Source: Gnetum montanum (lineage: Eukaryota > Plantae > Gnetophyta). From it: a stretch of 64,000 nucleotides of DNA. How positions within the stretch are numbered: position 1 is the stretch's first letter; every line of letters begins with the position of its first letter. Under the pieces are notes generated by a model that saw only the letters and a program-made list of their open reading frames with translations, was not told where the DNA came from and made no database searches. The stretch is taken from positions 263,318 through 327,317 of the forward strand of contig MNCI01001519.1 of assembly GCA_015680685.1 (NCBI GenBank). The letters are read 5' to 3'. This document shows, one piece after another, positions 24,601 to 36,918 of this stretch. Position numbers and translations under genes: made by a program.

Positions 24601-26718
24601 TTTTTTTTGAGAAAGTATTCGGGATTCTATTACGGAAAAGATCAAAATTATGTTATAGGAGATTACAACAGGGGTCACCAGCGGTGGCCCCTCTGAGGGG
24701 AAAGATCCCCCGACCGATCACGGCACCTCGCCCTGTCTGTCCGGCCAGGGGCCGAGAGCCACGAAAGGACATCGAAAAAACACCGATCCCAAAGGGGGGA
24801 TATTGGGGGGGGGGGGGGGGGGGCCCCCCCCCCCCCCGAAAAAAAAAAAAGGGGGGGGGGGGGCGCCCCCCCGAAGAACAAAAATTTGGGGGGGGGGGCA
24901 CCCCCCCGAAGGCCGAAGACTCCACACCCCCTTAGGGGTTCGTAGGGAGCTGTTTGCAGGCACAGTCGGGGCGAATCAGCTCATGCAGGAGATCTAGGGT
25001 ATTTCGGTGCTCTTCCGTGTCCATGAAACTGGCCACCTGCTGGAGACCTTGCATGGCCGCCTGCCTTCTATTTCTGTCGTCATTGGAGGTGCCCGCGTCG
25101 GGGTGGCAGTGTGCCGAGGTTCGGCGGATGTGTCTACGAAGATTGCCCCAAGAACTCTCGCTGCTGATACCTAACATGAGGTATGGGCACCGCNNNNNNN
25201 NNNNNNNNNNNNNNNNNNNNNNNNNNNNNNNNNNNNNNNNNNNNNNNNNNNNNNNNNNNNNNNNNNNNNNNNNNNNNNNNNNNNNNNNNNNNNNNNNNNN
25301 NNNNNNNNNNNNNNNNNNNNNNNNNNNNNNNNNNNNNNNNNNNNNNNNNNNNNNNNNNNNNNNNNNNNNNNNNNNNNNNNNNNNNNNNNNNNNNNNNNNN
25401 NNNNNNNNNNNNNNNNNNNNNNNNNNNNNNNNNNNNNNNNNNNNNNNNNNNNNNNNNNNNNNNNNNNNNNNNNNNNNNNNNNNNNNNNNNNNNNNNNNNN
25501 NNNNNNNNNNNNNNNNNNNNNNNNNNNNNNNNNNNNNNNNNNNNNNNNNNNNNNNNNNNNNNNNNNNNNNNNNNNNNNNNNNNNNNNNNNNNNNNNNNNN
25601 NNNNNNNNNNNNNNNNNNNNNNNNNNNNNNNNNNNNNNNNNNNNNNNNNNNNNNNNNNNNNNNNNNNNNNNNNNNNNNNNNNGCCACAGAGCCAGAATCA
25701 CGCCCGAGTGCTTACCCCGACGTTTGAGGCGGAGGGCCTCCTTAAAATAGAGGGGGAGGTTGACCTGGCCACCCGTTTTGAGGCAACGGAGGAAGGTGAA
25801 GTGCAGGCCCTGCAGCTTGGACCCGTTGCTGGACTAGACAAAGAACCTGTCCACCAGGTCCACCCCGCACGCCCAAAGGTGGGGGAGGGCAGATCTGGGC
25901 ACTTGTCGGCTTTTTGTCCTGGGGATAGGCCCGTTGAAAAATAGCTCTGCGTCCTGGAGGCCGTGGGTTGAAGGTAAGATGGTTTCCCCAGCGATGGGGG
26001 CCCCCAGACAGCTAGCAATCGCTGCCTCCGTGACCCAGATTTCCCGCCCCCTGAAGAAGGTACGGTCGTTGACTCAGTTAGAAAAGAAAGCATCATCTGC
26101 CAAATCTGGGTCCCCCACCAGTCGCTGCAGAGGAACATCCCACCCACATTGAACCACCAACTGCCAGAGCTCCTCGAATTCCTGAAATGCGGCGCAGTCT
26201 GGCTCGTACGTTGGCGTTTTCCCCATGGCGCTTTCAATTTCTTTCCACGTGAGAGACGCCTGCCAGACCAGCCACTGCGGAGGGGGGCGCCGCTGCTGCC
26301 GAAAAATAAAATTATTTCGGGCTTTCCACACAGTCCAAAGAAGTAGGGAGGCCCATGAATCGCTTGTCAGACGCCTCGGGGGGGGCGGGGGGGCACTACC
26401 GCTGCGCGTCGCGCGTGCGGGGGCAGTCGCGGGGGAAGTGTGTGACAGTTTCTGCCGCATCCCCGCATGTCGGACACGTGTTCGTAGCGAGCACCCCGCG
26501 CCGCCTTAATAAAGTTCTGACCAGCAGCGCGTCGTGCTGCAGCAGCCAGATAAAGAATTTGATTTTTTCTGGCAGCCTTCCTCTCCAAATCTGCCGCCAC
26601 GTGTCGCAGCGCAGGTATTTTTCCGCCATGATGGCTCTGGGCTCAAGATGTGCCCAGCCCGAGGCCTGCATGTCGCACGCGTGTCTGGCCACCGCCTGCC
26701 AAGACTTGGAGTCCCGCG
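24601..26718 (-). mobile_element. L1-type LINE copy B, 5'-truncated, young (CpG-rich): zf-RVT - Transposase_32-like - [gap] - J-domain - poly(A)
   Basis: TSD CGTGTACAT at 24592-24600 and 26719-26727; poly(T) at 24601. zf-RVT ORF 26396-26692. J-domain RCPYLMLGISSESSWGNLRRHIRRTSAHCHPDAG...AMQGLQQVASFMDTEEHR (HPD 25097-25105); stop at 24932. Confidence 0.9.
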
Positions 26719-27699
26719 CGTGTACATTTTCTCTTATATTCTATTATCTGAAACTTGATATATCACTGTATGTGAAAATCTGTAAATGGCAATAGGGAGC
26801 GTGTTATTTGTAGTCAACAAGCCTTTGCAAAAACAAAGTGTGTTGTTTTGGAACCTAGTTAGGACACAACTGTTGAAAGTTCTGCCTTTAGACAGGTTGA
26901 GGCTACATGTAAATAGAATGATGTTTAGTACGAGTTAATGTGTGAGAAGATCAGCCTGAATAACTCAACTTCTAAGTGTTACCCTTATTATATTGCACAC
27001 TGAAAGACAAAGAACATTCTAAAGACATGGACATTATCCATGTATTGCTTTTAATATTGTTTTTTATTATTTCTTTTGTTTTTGTTGATAGCTGTGAACA
27101 GCTGTAACTAAGTAAGAAGACATTTATTATTGACAGCTGAATGATAGTTGTAGTTAGGTGAGCATTTATGTAAAAGTGTATCCCTCATCTCATATCAATA
27201 TAGTTGTAGGTCAGAAGAACAATTCATTTTGCCTTCAAACTTTCTTGTGTTCTTTGCTTTCATTCTGTTCTCTTCACTCTTTAATTTCAACTTCATACCA
27301 AAGTAGATTATATTTTTTTGGAAGTTGGTGTGTTTGATGTAGTAAGTACAGCATAGCATAGTGGGTGTTTGAGATAGTAGTACAGGTGCATGTGTTTGAC
27401 AGCACCTCCTCCCCATTGATGATGGCTTTTTGGGTGAGGTTGGGGCATAACTCTCCAGTGTCAAAAATCTAAGATCTGAAAAATCTTTTCCAGCAATATA
27501 AACATAGAAGCTCGATCCTAGCATTTTTTTTTGCAAGCCAGTAGAGTTTTCAAATTGAGCTTAATTCTATCAATTTTCTAGTTGTGGGTTGGCTGTGGTA
27601 GACAACAACTTTTGGTTTTTAGTATGATTGGATTTGTTGTTTGATCCTTAATATTTTTTTTCTTATTTGTGGTTTTTTGTAACATGTTGGAAGTTAATA

Positions 27700-30600
27700 C
27701 AATGGGTGTGATGTACCATTTTGAAAAATGGGTTGAACCAGGTCAAACAGAAGCTACACACCAAAACTTCTGAAGATAAATTTTCCTTTTGTGCTCATTG
27801 TGCTAGATTACAGTAGAGGTTGGGAGAAATTTAATCACAGCAACAGGAAGGTGCAGAGTTGGAGGAAGAGGAACAGGCAATCCTCAAAGAGCTTTAGGAC
27901 CTTTCGGTGGAGGAAGAAATGTATTGAAGGCAATGTGCTAGGATAACTTGGCTCAGGGAAGGAGACCAGAACACATGTTTTTTCTTCACCACCGCCAAGG
28001 CGCAAGGACAAGCAAAGCAGATGATGTAGCTGGTGCAAGGGGACACCACCCTGGTTGACAGCCATGATATTGCCAAGGCGATGCATCAATATTGGGCCAC
28101 CATTTGGCACAAGTAGTGCACCAAACAACTTTCAGTGTAGGTTAGAAGGATCATTGGGGAGGCAAAGAATAGGGTGTTGAATAAGCCCTTCATGATGAGG
28201 GAGTTGGAAGAAGCAATGGTGACTATGAAAACCAATAAGGCTTAGGGGTTGGATGGGTGGCCAACCAAATTTTTCAAGGAGTTCATGGATATCATGGGGG
28301 AGACTATGCTGGAGGTGTTCAACAGGATGCTACACTGGCAGCAAGTTCGGCGAGAGATTAACTATTCAAGGATTGTCCTCATCCGCAAATGACTAATCCA
28401 ATGGCACCGACATAATTCAGACCTATTGGGGTTTGTAATACCCTACTTTGGCTATTTACGAAAGTGCTCATTTGTTGTTTGGCCCTAATGATGCCAAAGC
28501 TGGTTGGGGGGCATCTGGTGGGTTTTGTAGAACAGTGATTTCTGCAAGATCAGGTCATACTCCTGCATGAAATCTTGCACTTGTTGTGTGATATAGGGTA
28601 CTCGGGAATGTGTGTCAAGTTGTATATTACGAAGGTGTATGATACTGTCAGTTGGGAGGTGCTGAAGGAGATTATGTTGTGCAAAGGATTTGATCCCAAG
28701 TTTGTGGATCTTTGTATCCATTTGTAGGCTTTGGGGAGCTACTTCCTTGATATTGATGGTCAACTTTGGGGGTTTCCCAAGCCGGGTTGGGAGCTTCGGT
28801 AGGGAGACCCTCTTTCCCCGCTCCTATTTATTATGGCCATGGACACATTACAAATCTACTGCAAATTAGAGGGGGTAAGAGGCCTAGAGGTTGCAGGAGT
28901 GGATTGGCTTGTGGAACATTACGTTGACGATACGATTCTGTTTTTGTGGGCAGTTGTGCTGCAGGCCCTTGCGCTTAATCGAGCATTGGATCGGATGGCC
29001 CAGAAAGTGAGTCTTGAGATAAATTGAGCAAAGTTGGCAATTCACCTGGTGAATGCTGATGATTGGTTTAAGGGTAGGATCTCCTAGATACTGGGGATCT
29101 TGCAAGGCACATAACAAGACTTGTATTTAGGAATGTCAATCTTTGCCTGGCATAGATGTTGTACGTGGTCGACCCTGATACAAAAACTGCAACAACGGAC
29201 TGACCATTGGACTAATCATTTCTTGACAAGGAAAATGCTAGCTTCTTCAGTCCTCATCACGATTGCCTGTTTCACAGCGTCCATGGCTTGCCCCCAATGG
29301 GGATCATCCTCAAAGTTGATCAAATCATTCGTATATTCATTTGGTTGGGGGGCAAGGTGGGGGGATGGAACGATTACACCTCGTATGCTAGGAAAATGTT
29401 GTGATGCCAAAGGAGCTGTAGGTGTTGGGGGGGGGGGGGGNCAGGGGGAGGGGAGGGATTGGGTGTTGAAATTCCATGGTGAGATCATGATGGGTTTTTG
29501 GCGCTTGGTCAATTGACTACTACCACCAAAGGAGTGTCTAGTCCAATGGGTACGCATTATGTGCCAAAAGTGCCAACAATGGGAGGCTAGGACACGGGGG
29601 TTGCTACTATGGTAGGTTGTGTGTAGACATGCAAGAGAGATGATACAAAAGGGACTCCTAGGAAAACCTCCCAAAGATATTATTACCACGAAGTACCCCC
29701 TAACTCCTCAATGGAAGCCTGTTTGGAAGGGTAGATTGCTCGAGAAAGTGAAAGTTTTTATTTGGTTAATAAGTGGACCATGCTTCTAGTGCTAGCTTTT
29801 CTTAGGATGTGAGGGTTAGGTGTTAATCCTCTTTGCCACTTATGTTTGAAGGAGCCTGAGACGGTTAACCATTTTGTTTACCAATGCTCTTATTTGCAGG
29901 ACACTTGGTGGGTGACCATGCTATCATTGCTAGTCAACCTAGATCATGACTCAAAAGTGATTGCGGTGTTGTGGGCCTTGTGGAAGATAAGGAATAATAT
30001 GATTCTTAGGGCTTAGCACCTTCCTTTGTTGACACTGGTGGCTGCAGCTGGGGCCCAGTTGTGGTGGAAAGCTTCGGTTACAATGGGTTGTGCATAGCTA
30101 TTTGAGCCTCTACCTCCACTATCCAAGCAAAGCTGCCACTATGGAATATGGTGGAACGGATGGGATGTGCAGAGCTCTTGCCCAAGCTAGAAAGGGACCC
30201 CAGGTTGGCTAATGACACATTTTTTACCAATTGGGTGGGGGATGAGATGATATTTTGGGGCATCAAGATTGAGTTAATGGAGCTAGCGTTGGTAGTGTTT
30301 TTGGGCATTCTGGCGGAGGGGGAAACTATTTTCCTGGTTATACGTAGCCTCAAACATGCGAAAGGGTTCTTCAAATGGGCAGTATTGAAAATAATGAGTA
30401 GACATGTGTCAAAGTCTGCATTACCACAAATATGGCAAGAGGCGGTAGTGTTGATTGAAAGAGTCTTAGTTCATTTAGGTAGTTTAGCTAAGCTATTGGA
30501 CATTCACTTTGCTTTTATGAGCTACATGCGGCAAGGCATTTCTATTAATTTGCCGCAATATTTTCTCATGGAGCTCTAGTGGCAGCATAATGGGCACCAT

Positions 30601-31760
30601 TCAAGTCTTATTTTGGCCCTATGGAGGACTGGAATGTTGGTACTACAATGGAGCCAAGGTTAGATCCTAAGTTTATGTACACCAGAAGGATGAGATGGTT
30701 TGGAGCATTGGGGTCTGCATAAGGGTTGAGGGTTGTGTGGTTGCCAAAATTGGTGCCTAGGTGGGATTTGGCGTAGGGGATGGCCGAGCCATAGGTGGAA
30801 GTGGTGCAACAGAGGTTGATTGAAATTGAGGGATAGGATTGGGAAATGTTGCATTGCTGTTAGGCCGAGATTCAGAAGGCCATGGAAGAGGCTGCTGTGC
30901 ACATTAGGGTAGAGGAGAGGGCCATCTAGGAGGCAAGATGGACCACACGCGAGGAAGATTTCAAGTAGGTTACTACCCAGATGACACTACAATGTGCTGA
31001 GTTAGAAGAGGAGATCAGTAGGTGCTGATAGTTATAGGAAGATTTGGCTAGTGCAGTGCTTATCGACGAATTGCGGGTACATATATGAGAGGAGCTGAAA
31101 TAGGATGAGCAATAGTGGCTGGAAATGGAGTGGGAGCTAGGTGGACCTGAGGAAGAGATTGGATTGAGGTTGCATAGCTCTAGTAGTAGCTGGATTGAGC
31201 TCATGCAACTAATGTGTGTATTTGGAAGGGGAGATGCTCGTAGGTTGTGTTGAACATTAATTGCAATACAGCTTAGATGGCCTTACGTCAACACATACAT
31301 CGCATTGTGGCCAAGCTGCACCTAGACGGGAAGGGGGATGAGGTGGAGTGGGCTAAGAAAGAGGTGGAGTTTAAATGCTTCCAGGAGGTCGTGACCTTTG
31401 TCGACACAGAAAGACATAGGAAGATACTCTAGGCCATTCATTACTAGGAATGTAGAGATTGTGAATGCACGAGTCTCCCAAAAAGGCTCTAGATGTTCGG
31501 GGGTTTGTGGGTGGATGGGTTTGTCTAGCACTCAATTCTGAGGTTCGATATATCTTTATTGTTGAGAGTTGGAATTTTGGGATAAGGGGATTTGCCGTTG
31601 TTTCTGTGTGCGGATCATTTTGGGTCCTAGGGATGGCAGGGCTTGGGTTCTAAGGTGTCAGGGATTGTTGGGTTTTCCGTTTATGGTTAGTTATTGTGGG
31701 CTAGTTTGTACATATTTTGCAATGTTAATATATCTTGACCATTTCAATAAAAAAAAAAAA
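27700..31760 (+). mobile_element. L1-type LINE copy C, old diverged subfamily with the same architecture
   Basis: WLREGDQNT, GLR*GDPLSPLLF, EHYVDDT; zf-RVT at ~29715-29890; Transposase_32-like ORF 30148-30579 plus HSSLILALW; coiled coil ~30900-31200; degenerate J-domain 31232-31430 (…LRQHIHRIVAKLHLD…EFKCFQEVVTFVDTERHR); poly(A) at 31748-31760. The 5' boundary is approximate. Confidence 0.85.
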
Positions 31761-32369
31761 CCAACTGATAATAGAAAAATCACCAACATAACAATGATAT
31801 TTTAACACTCTAGATTTACCCACTCCATTGGACTCATAGAAAGATGTCAAAATCAGACTTGAGAAGGTAGCCAAATAAGAATCAAGATTTAGATCCAAGG
31901 ATTAAGGATTCAAGGGGGATCATCAAACCAATTTCAGGAAGAAACCAAGAATTAAATAATTCTTTAGATTTTAGAAATCCCCAACATAGACATGGGCCCA
32001 AGGATGTTCTCACATTTTGGTGGTGGTACCAATTCTCATATCAGGGATCCTTGGTCCTTGTTGGCAAATCTTTTATGCCAAAAATACTCCAAATCATTAT
32101 GGGTATTTTTGAATTGTTACAGAAACAACTTTCATCCAAGTCAATTAGGCTTGAGAGTCTAGGGGACAGAAGGAGAGATCCAACAACAAAATCAAGGATT
32201 CAACAATCTAAGATCTCAACAACAATATTGTTAAAGCATCAAAAGATATTCAAACCAAAGAAAAGAGAAAATAGATGAATTGAGATAATTAGCCATTGTT
32301 GTCTATCTTCCAACATAGCAAAGAAGGATCATCTTACCTTCTTGCCTACCAAGAGCAATTTATTAGTAT

Positions 32370-33440
32370 GTTGGATTGTTGCTTAGCTCAAATTTTCTTT
32401 CTTTTTCACTATCTTATGAAGTAACCATAGCCTTTTTTTTATTGCTGTTTATTTTCTAGTTCAGTCATACAAGTTCATTTGTTGTCTTCTACAGTAGCCA
32501 ATCTTCTTTTGTTGCTGTTTTTCTTCCAGCCACACTCCCTTGTGGTTGTGCCTCTCTCTTTTTTTCCCATCTCTTTCCCTCTCTTTGTTTATACTAGTGG
32601 AATTTAAGAGATGATGGATTATTTCTTGTAATTGATTGTTTCGTTGAAACTGTTCTTTCTCTTTTAAAACCTTTTCCATGCCAAAAAGTCATGAGTTCAA
32701 TACTTCTCATGATTATTGTTAAAAATGAGTTAAAGATATATTTAAATAGGTTGCAGGTTCAATCTCCATATCTGCAACTTTCAACATTATAGAATTTTAA
32801 TTTTGCTAGATCTCAGGTTCAATTCCTCTTGATCTAACTTAACAAAAAAGTAGCAATTGTTATCCATCTCTGTTCCTTTGTTTAGTCTTAATAACATATT
32901 GTCTCTAAATTAACCAACAATAAATACACAGCTGTGCTTGTAACATTTCTTCTTAGGAATCAAGTCATAAGGTGCAATGAAAGAGGTTTCAAAATAAAAA
33001 TATGAAAGAGTGCAAGTCCAAGATATAAAACCAAGTGAAAAACCTTCTCTTTCAAGCCATCAACAATGCAACAATTTCCATTTTGTGTTCATAACTTGTT
33101 ATTGTCTTGTCTTATGTTGCCTTGAAAGGTCATCATGTGAGCTTTCTACAGCCATGGAAGGGATATTTATATTTTAATGACTCAAACTCTAAAGAATAGT
33201 GCATTGGAAACATACATAACAGTTCTTGTGCTTATTATTTAAAATAATAACACAATAATGATATGCATAATATTTCTGATTTATAGGTCTGATTCCTCCA
33301 ACTTGTTTCATAGGTCAAGTTCTTCGCCAATTAGTTTTTTTTTTTTTCATTTCTTTTTAAGTAATTTTTATTGTAGCATACTTGTTTCAGCCCTTGAGGT
33401 ACACCATAAAGTATCTTTCTCTATTTCTCTTTATTTTCCT
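32370..33440 (+). repeat. Old ~1-kb dispersed repeat; the second copy is at ~35985-36918 and continues at ~42555-42740 after LINE D
   Basis: Shared motifs in the same order: agccacactccct, tatactagtg, tctcaggtt..attcct, gaaagaggtttcaaa, gaaaggtcatcatg, gaacatacata, then atgata..cataatatt..taggtcaagtt. Confidence 0.75.
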
Positions 33441-35876
33441 GACCTTCCTTCTGAATAGATTAGAAAATATTTTCTTTTCCATGTATGTGTGTATATATAT
33501 ATATAAACATTTCCAGCATGCATTTGTAGGCATATTTCTCATACAACAAGCCTTTAAACTTTTAGACATGATATAGAAATAGAATATATGAAAAACAAGA
33601 CAACATTTAAAATTTTTTGATGTTCTAACTATGACTTCTACCACAATCCAATGTTAATACCAAAACACACACAAACAAAAACTTACAATTATCGATCTAA
33701 AAACTCAAGGAGAAGTGTTTGTTATAGCTGGTAATAAGGCACATAAATTAGAATACAACTACAAGAAGAATAACAGTCCCTGACCCATGCTCTAGAACAA
33801 AGGACAAACAGTCTCTGATATTAAAAAAAGAAAAAAAGAATAGAAGACAGATTCTATAGGTGACTATCTAGACATAATAAAACAAAAACAAAAATTTACC
33901 AGTGGAATCAATCTCTGATTCTAAGCAAATGGAATATGTACATTTTATGAAAAAAATACCAAAAAGAAAGGAGAGATAAAATCTTAAATGTACCAAAGTT
34001 GAACACTATAATGGATTAACATGGTCTCAAACTTTTGAAATCTTCATTATTAAATTTTTCCAGCTTCTCATATTTTTACAATGAGAGAAATGTAGGCTTG
34101 AAAAAAGAACCATTTAACAATGAATTGGGACATGAATACTCTCTTGACAACTTCAAAACTAACAATGAAAGTGCTCAAAAAAACGTAATTGTGCACTTCC
34201 CCTTCCATTATGCAAAAAACATAAAAAATCATCAATATGCATGATTTTTTAAAAATTATTTTTCTTAATAAACGAGTACTTAAATGTACCTTTTGGCCAT
34301 CCAACTATCACACCATGGCCCTCCAACCCGACAACATCTTCTAGCCCATACCAGATGAACCCTGGTATTGGATAAAATGGTGGGCATTGACACCATGAAG
34401 CACCTCCAAGGACTAAGCCCTTGTAGCCCATACAGGAGATTACCAACCTTGGATAGCATGATAGGGGGCATCATTAAGAATTATCATTAAAACCTGAAAT
34501 ACCAGGTGCAGATGACCCAAAGAAAATGCTAACTCATAAGTTGAATACATGTATGCCAAATAAATAAGATCTATGACTCATGAAAGATCCTATGCATAAC
34601 TTGCAACTCATAAGAAATCCCAGTTGCCCTCATGAAATAATCCTCACATGTCCAAGCCAATGCAATAACCATCTACCAAAAATTTTTGTATAGCAAAGGT
34701 TTGGAATACACACTCTAGAATTGAGTTGACCAATTTGGGGATGGAGAAGACACTTTATGCTTGGGTTGTCTAGTTGGTAGCCTCAAGGATCAGCTTCAAA
34801 TTGCTAGTGCAAGGTGCAGCTAGAATCCTCCTACAAAACCAAAGAAAAATAGTTCTTTGGCCCAATAGTTCGCAAAAATCAGCTACAAAAGCCTCCAACA
34901 GTAGTAACAAACAAAGTCAGCCTCTTAAGCCTTCAACAAAGGCTTTCAAGGACCACAAAGACAAGCCCCCATACTTAGCCCAGAAGACAAGGTAGGAACA
35001 ACCTCACACATTTTCTTCTTTCTCCCTTTCCTCTACTTCTCATACCTCAAACTAGCATAGTCTCCCCTTATTTGGCAAGAGGTAAAAATGAGAGCAAACC
35101 CCCCTCTATTTATAGGATTAAGGAGACCCAAGGGTTGGACAAAGATTAAACAGCTCATTCTTCAAAAATTCTTTTTTTGTTCATGATATGATTATTACTT
35201 GACTTGGACAAGCAAGCTCTAATGAGAGAGTGGACATGTGAGGCTGACAACACTCAAGAGAGCAACATGTCCCTATTAAATGAGTTCTTTGTCTTTTTTC
35301 TAACCATTAATATGAAGTGAACAATTAACGTATTAAAAATAATAGATGTTATCATAAGCATGTCATAAAGCATACATCACGATCCCACATTTACTTGTCT
35401 CTTGTGGACCACCTTTTGGCCTATTTGAAGTCACTTTTACTTTATAAGCTATGAGGGTTTCTAATTTCTTTTTTGTCTTTTATTTATTTTCCCCATATCC
35501 TATAATTTAGCTAGCAAACTTTTGTGATACTAAACTTTTTGTACATCCAATATTTTACTCATGTCTCATCAGTTGAAACAATCATAAATATGCCATAGCT
35601 ACCATGCTAGAAGTTAATATTTTAATTGAATTAAAGAAAATATAGATGTACAAGGTGCTTTATAATTGTTAATATTAAAATATCAAAATCTAGGACTGAA
35701 ATCAAGAAACTAATTAATTTTTGTTTTTATTTTTGTGAGTACAATCTGCCAATTTTAAATTTTTGATATATTTTAATTAATTAAAAATTCAATAAATTAA
35801 AATTTCAACAAAACACCAAAATAAATTATGGATCCCCATTACATTAATTTTATAGTATTATTCTAAAATAATGTTT

Positions 35877-35975
35877 GAAGGGACCACCACTTGGAGCAAT
35901 GGTAAGGTGCTTGTTTCTCAAATTGTAAGACTTAGGTTTGAGCTTGGGTGCAACCACTTGAAAGAGGTTAGGCTT
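35877..35975 (+). mobile_element. tRNA-derived SINE (Au-like head)
   Basis: A-box-like TGGAGCAATGG and B-box-like GGTTTGAGC; homologous to the minus-strand copy at 49430-49590. Confidence 0.6.
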
Positions 35976-36918
35976 TTCTTTTGTTGCATTGCTTCTCAGC
36001 TCAGATCTTCTTTAATTTCGCTATCATGTAGAGCACACATAGTGTTCTTTTGTTGTTATTCCTTTTTTTGTTTCAGCGACACAAGCTCTTTTTGGTTAGC
36101 TTCTATAATAGCCACATCTTCTTTTGTTGCTGTCCCTTTTTCTAGCTAGCCACACTCCCTTTTAGTTATGCTCTTACCCTTTCTTTTATCTCTGTCCCTC
36201 TCCTCTCTCTTTATACTAGTGAAATTCAAGAGATAATGGGTTGTTTCTTGTAACTGATTTTTTCTTGGGAGCTGTTTTTAATTTTTTTTAATACTTATTA
36301 CATACCACCAAGTCATGAGTTAAATTCTTTCTATGAGCACTATTAAAAATTAATCAAAGTGACATTCTAATAGGTTGCAAGTTCAATTTCCAGATTTGTC
36401 ATTTCCAACATTTTAGGATTCTAATTTATCAAATCTCAGGTTTGATTCCTCCTGATCTAATATATTAGAAATTTAACAATTATCAAATATTCAAACATAA
36501 TATCCATCCCTGTTCCTCCTTTTTGTCTTGGCGATATATCTTATCTAATTTTACCAGCAATAAATATGTAATTGTGCTTCATTTTACAGCAACATCCCTT
36601 CTTCTAAATCATGTCAGCAATAAATATGTAATTGTGCTTCATTTTACAGCAACATCCCTTCTTCTAAATCATGTCATAAGATGCAAAGAAAGAGGTTTCA
36701 AAGCGAAAACACAATAAGCTATATGTCTAGGAAATAAAATTAGTTAAAACACCATATCTTTTAGTCCATCAGCAATGCAAAGTGTTCATAATTTATTATT
36801 GCATTATCTTATGATGCCTCGAAAGGTCATCATGGAACCTTTCTATAGCCATGGAGGGGGTACTTATACTTTAATAACTCATGAAACTAAAATGAATGGT
36901 GCATCAAGAACATACATA

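Noticed and set aside
24780-24910. Long G/C/A homopolymer runs in the LINE 3'UTRs (also ~20040-20210, 20870, 21040) suggesting G-quadruplexes and Gly/Pro-rich ORFs
   Set aside because: The sister copy E (42840-42900) lacks these runs, so they are probably sequencing/assembly homopolymer artefacts. They also cause apparent frameshifts.
33640-35450. Possible solo LTR (minus-strand TATA at ~35105)
   Set aside because: I could not define termini or a TSD.
36555-36675. Exact 60-bp tandem duplication (similar ones at 18722-18838 and 46716-46800)
   Set aside because: Simple slippage duplications or assembly artefacts; no functional signal.
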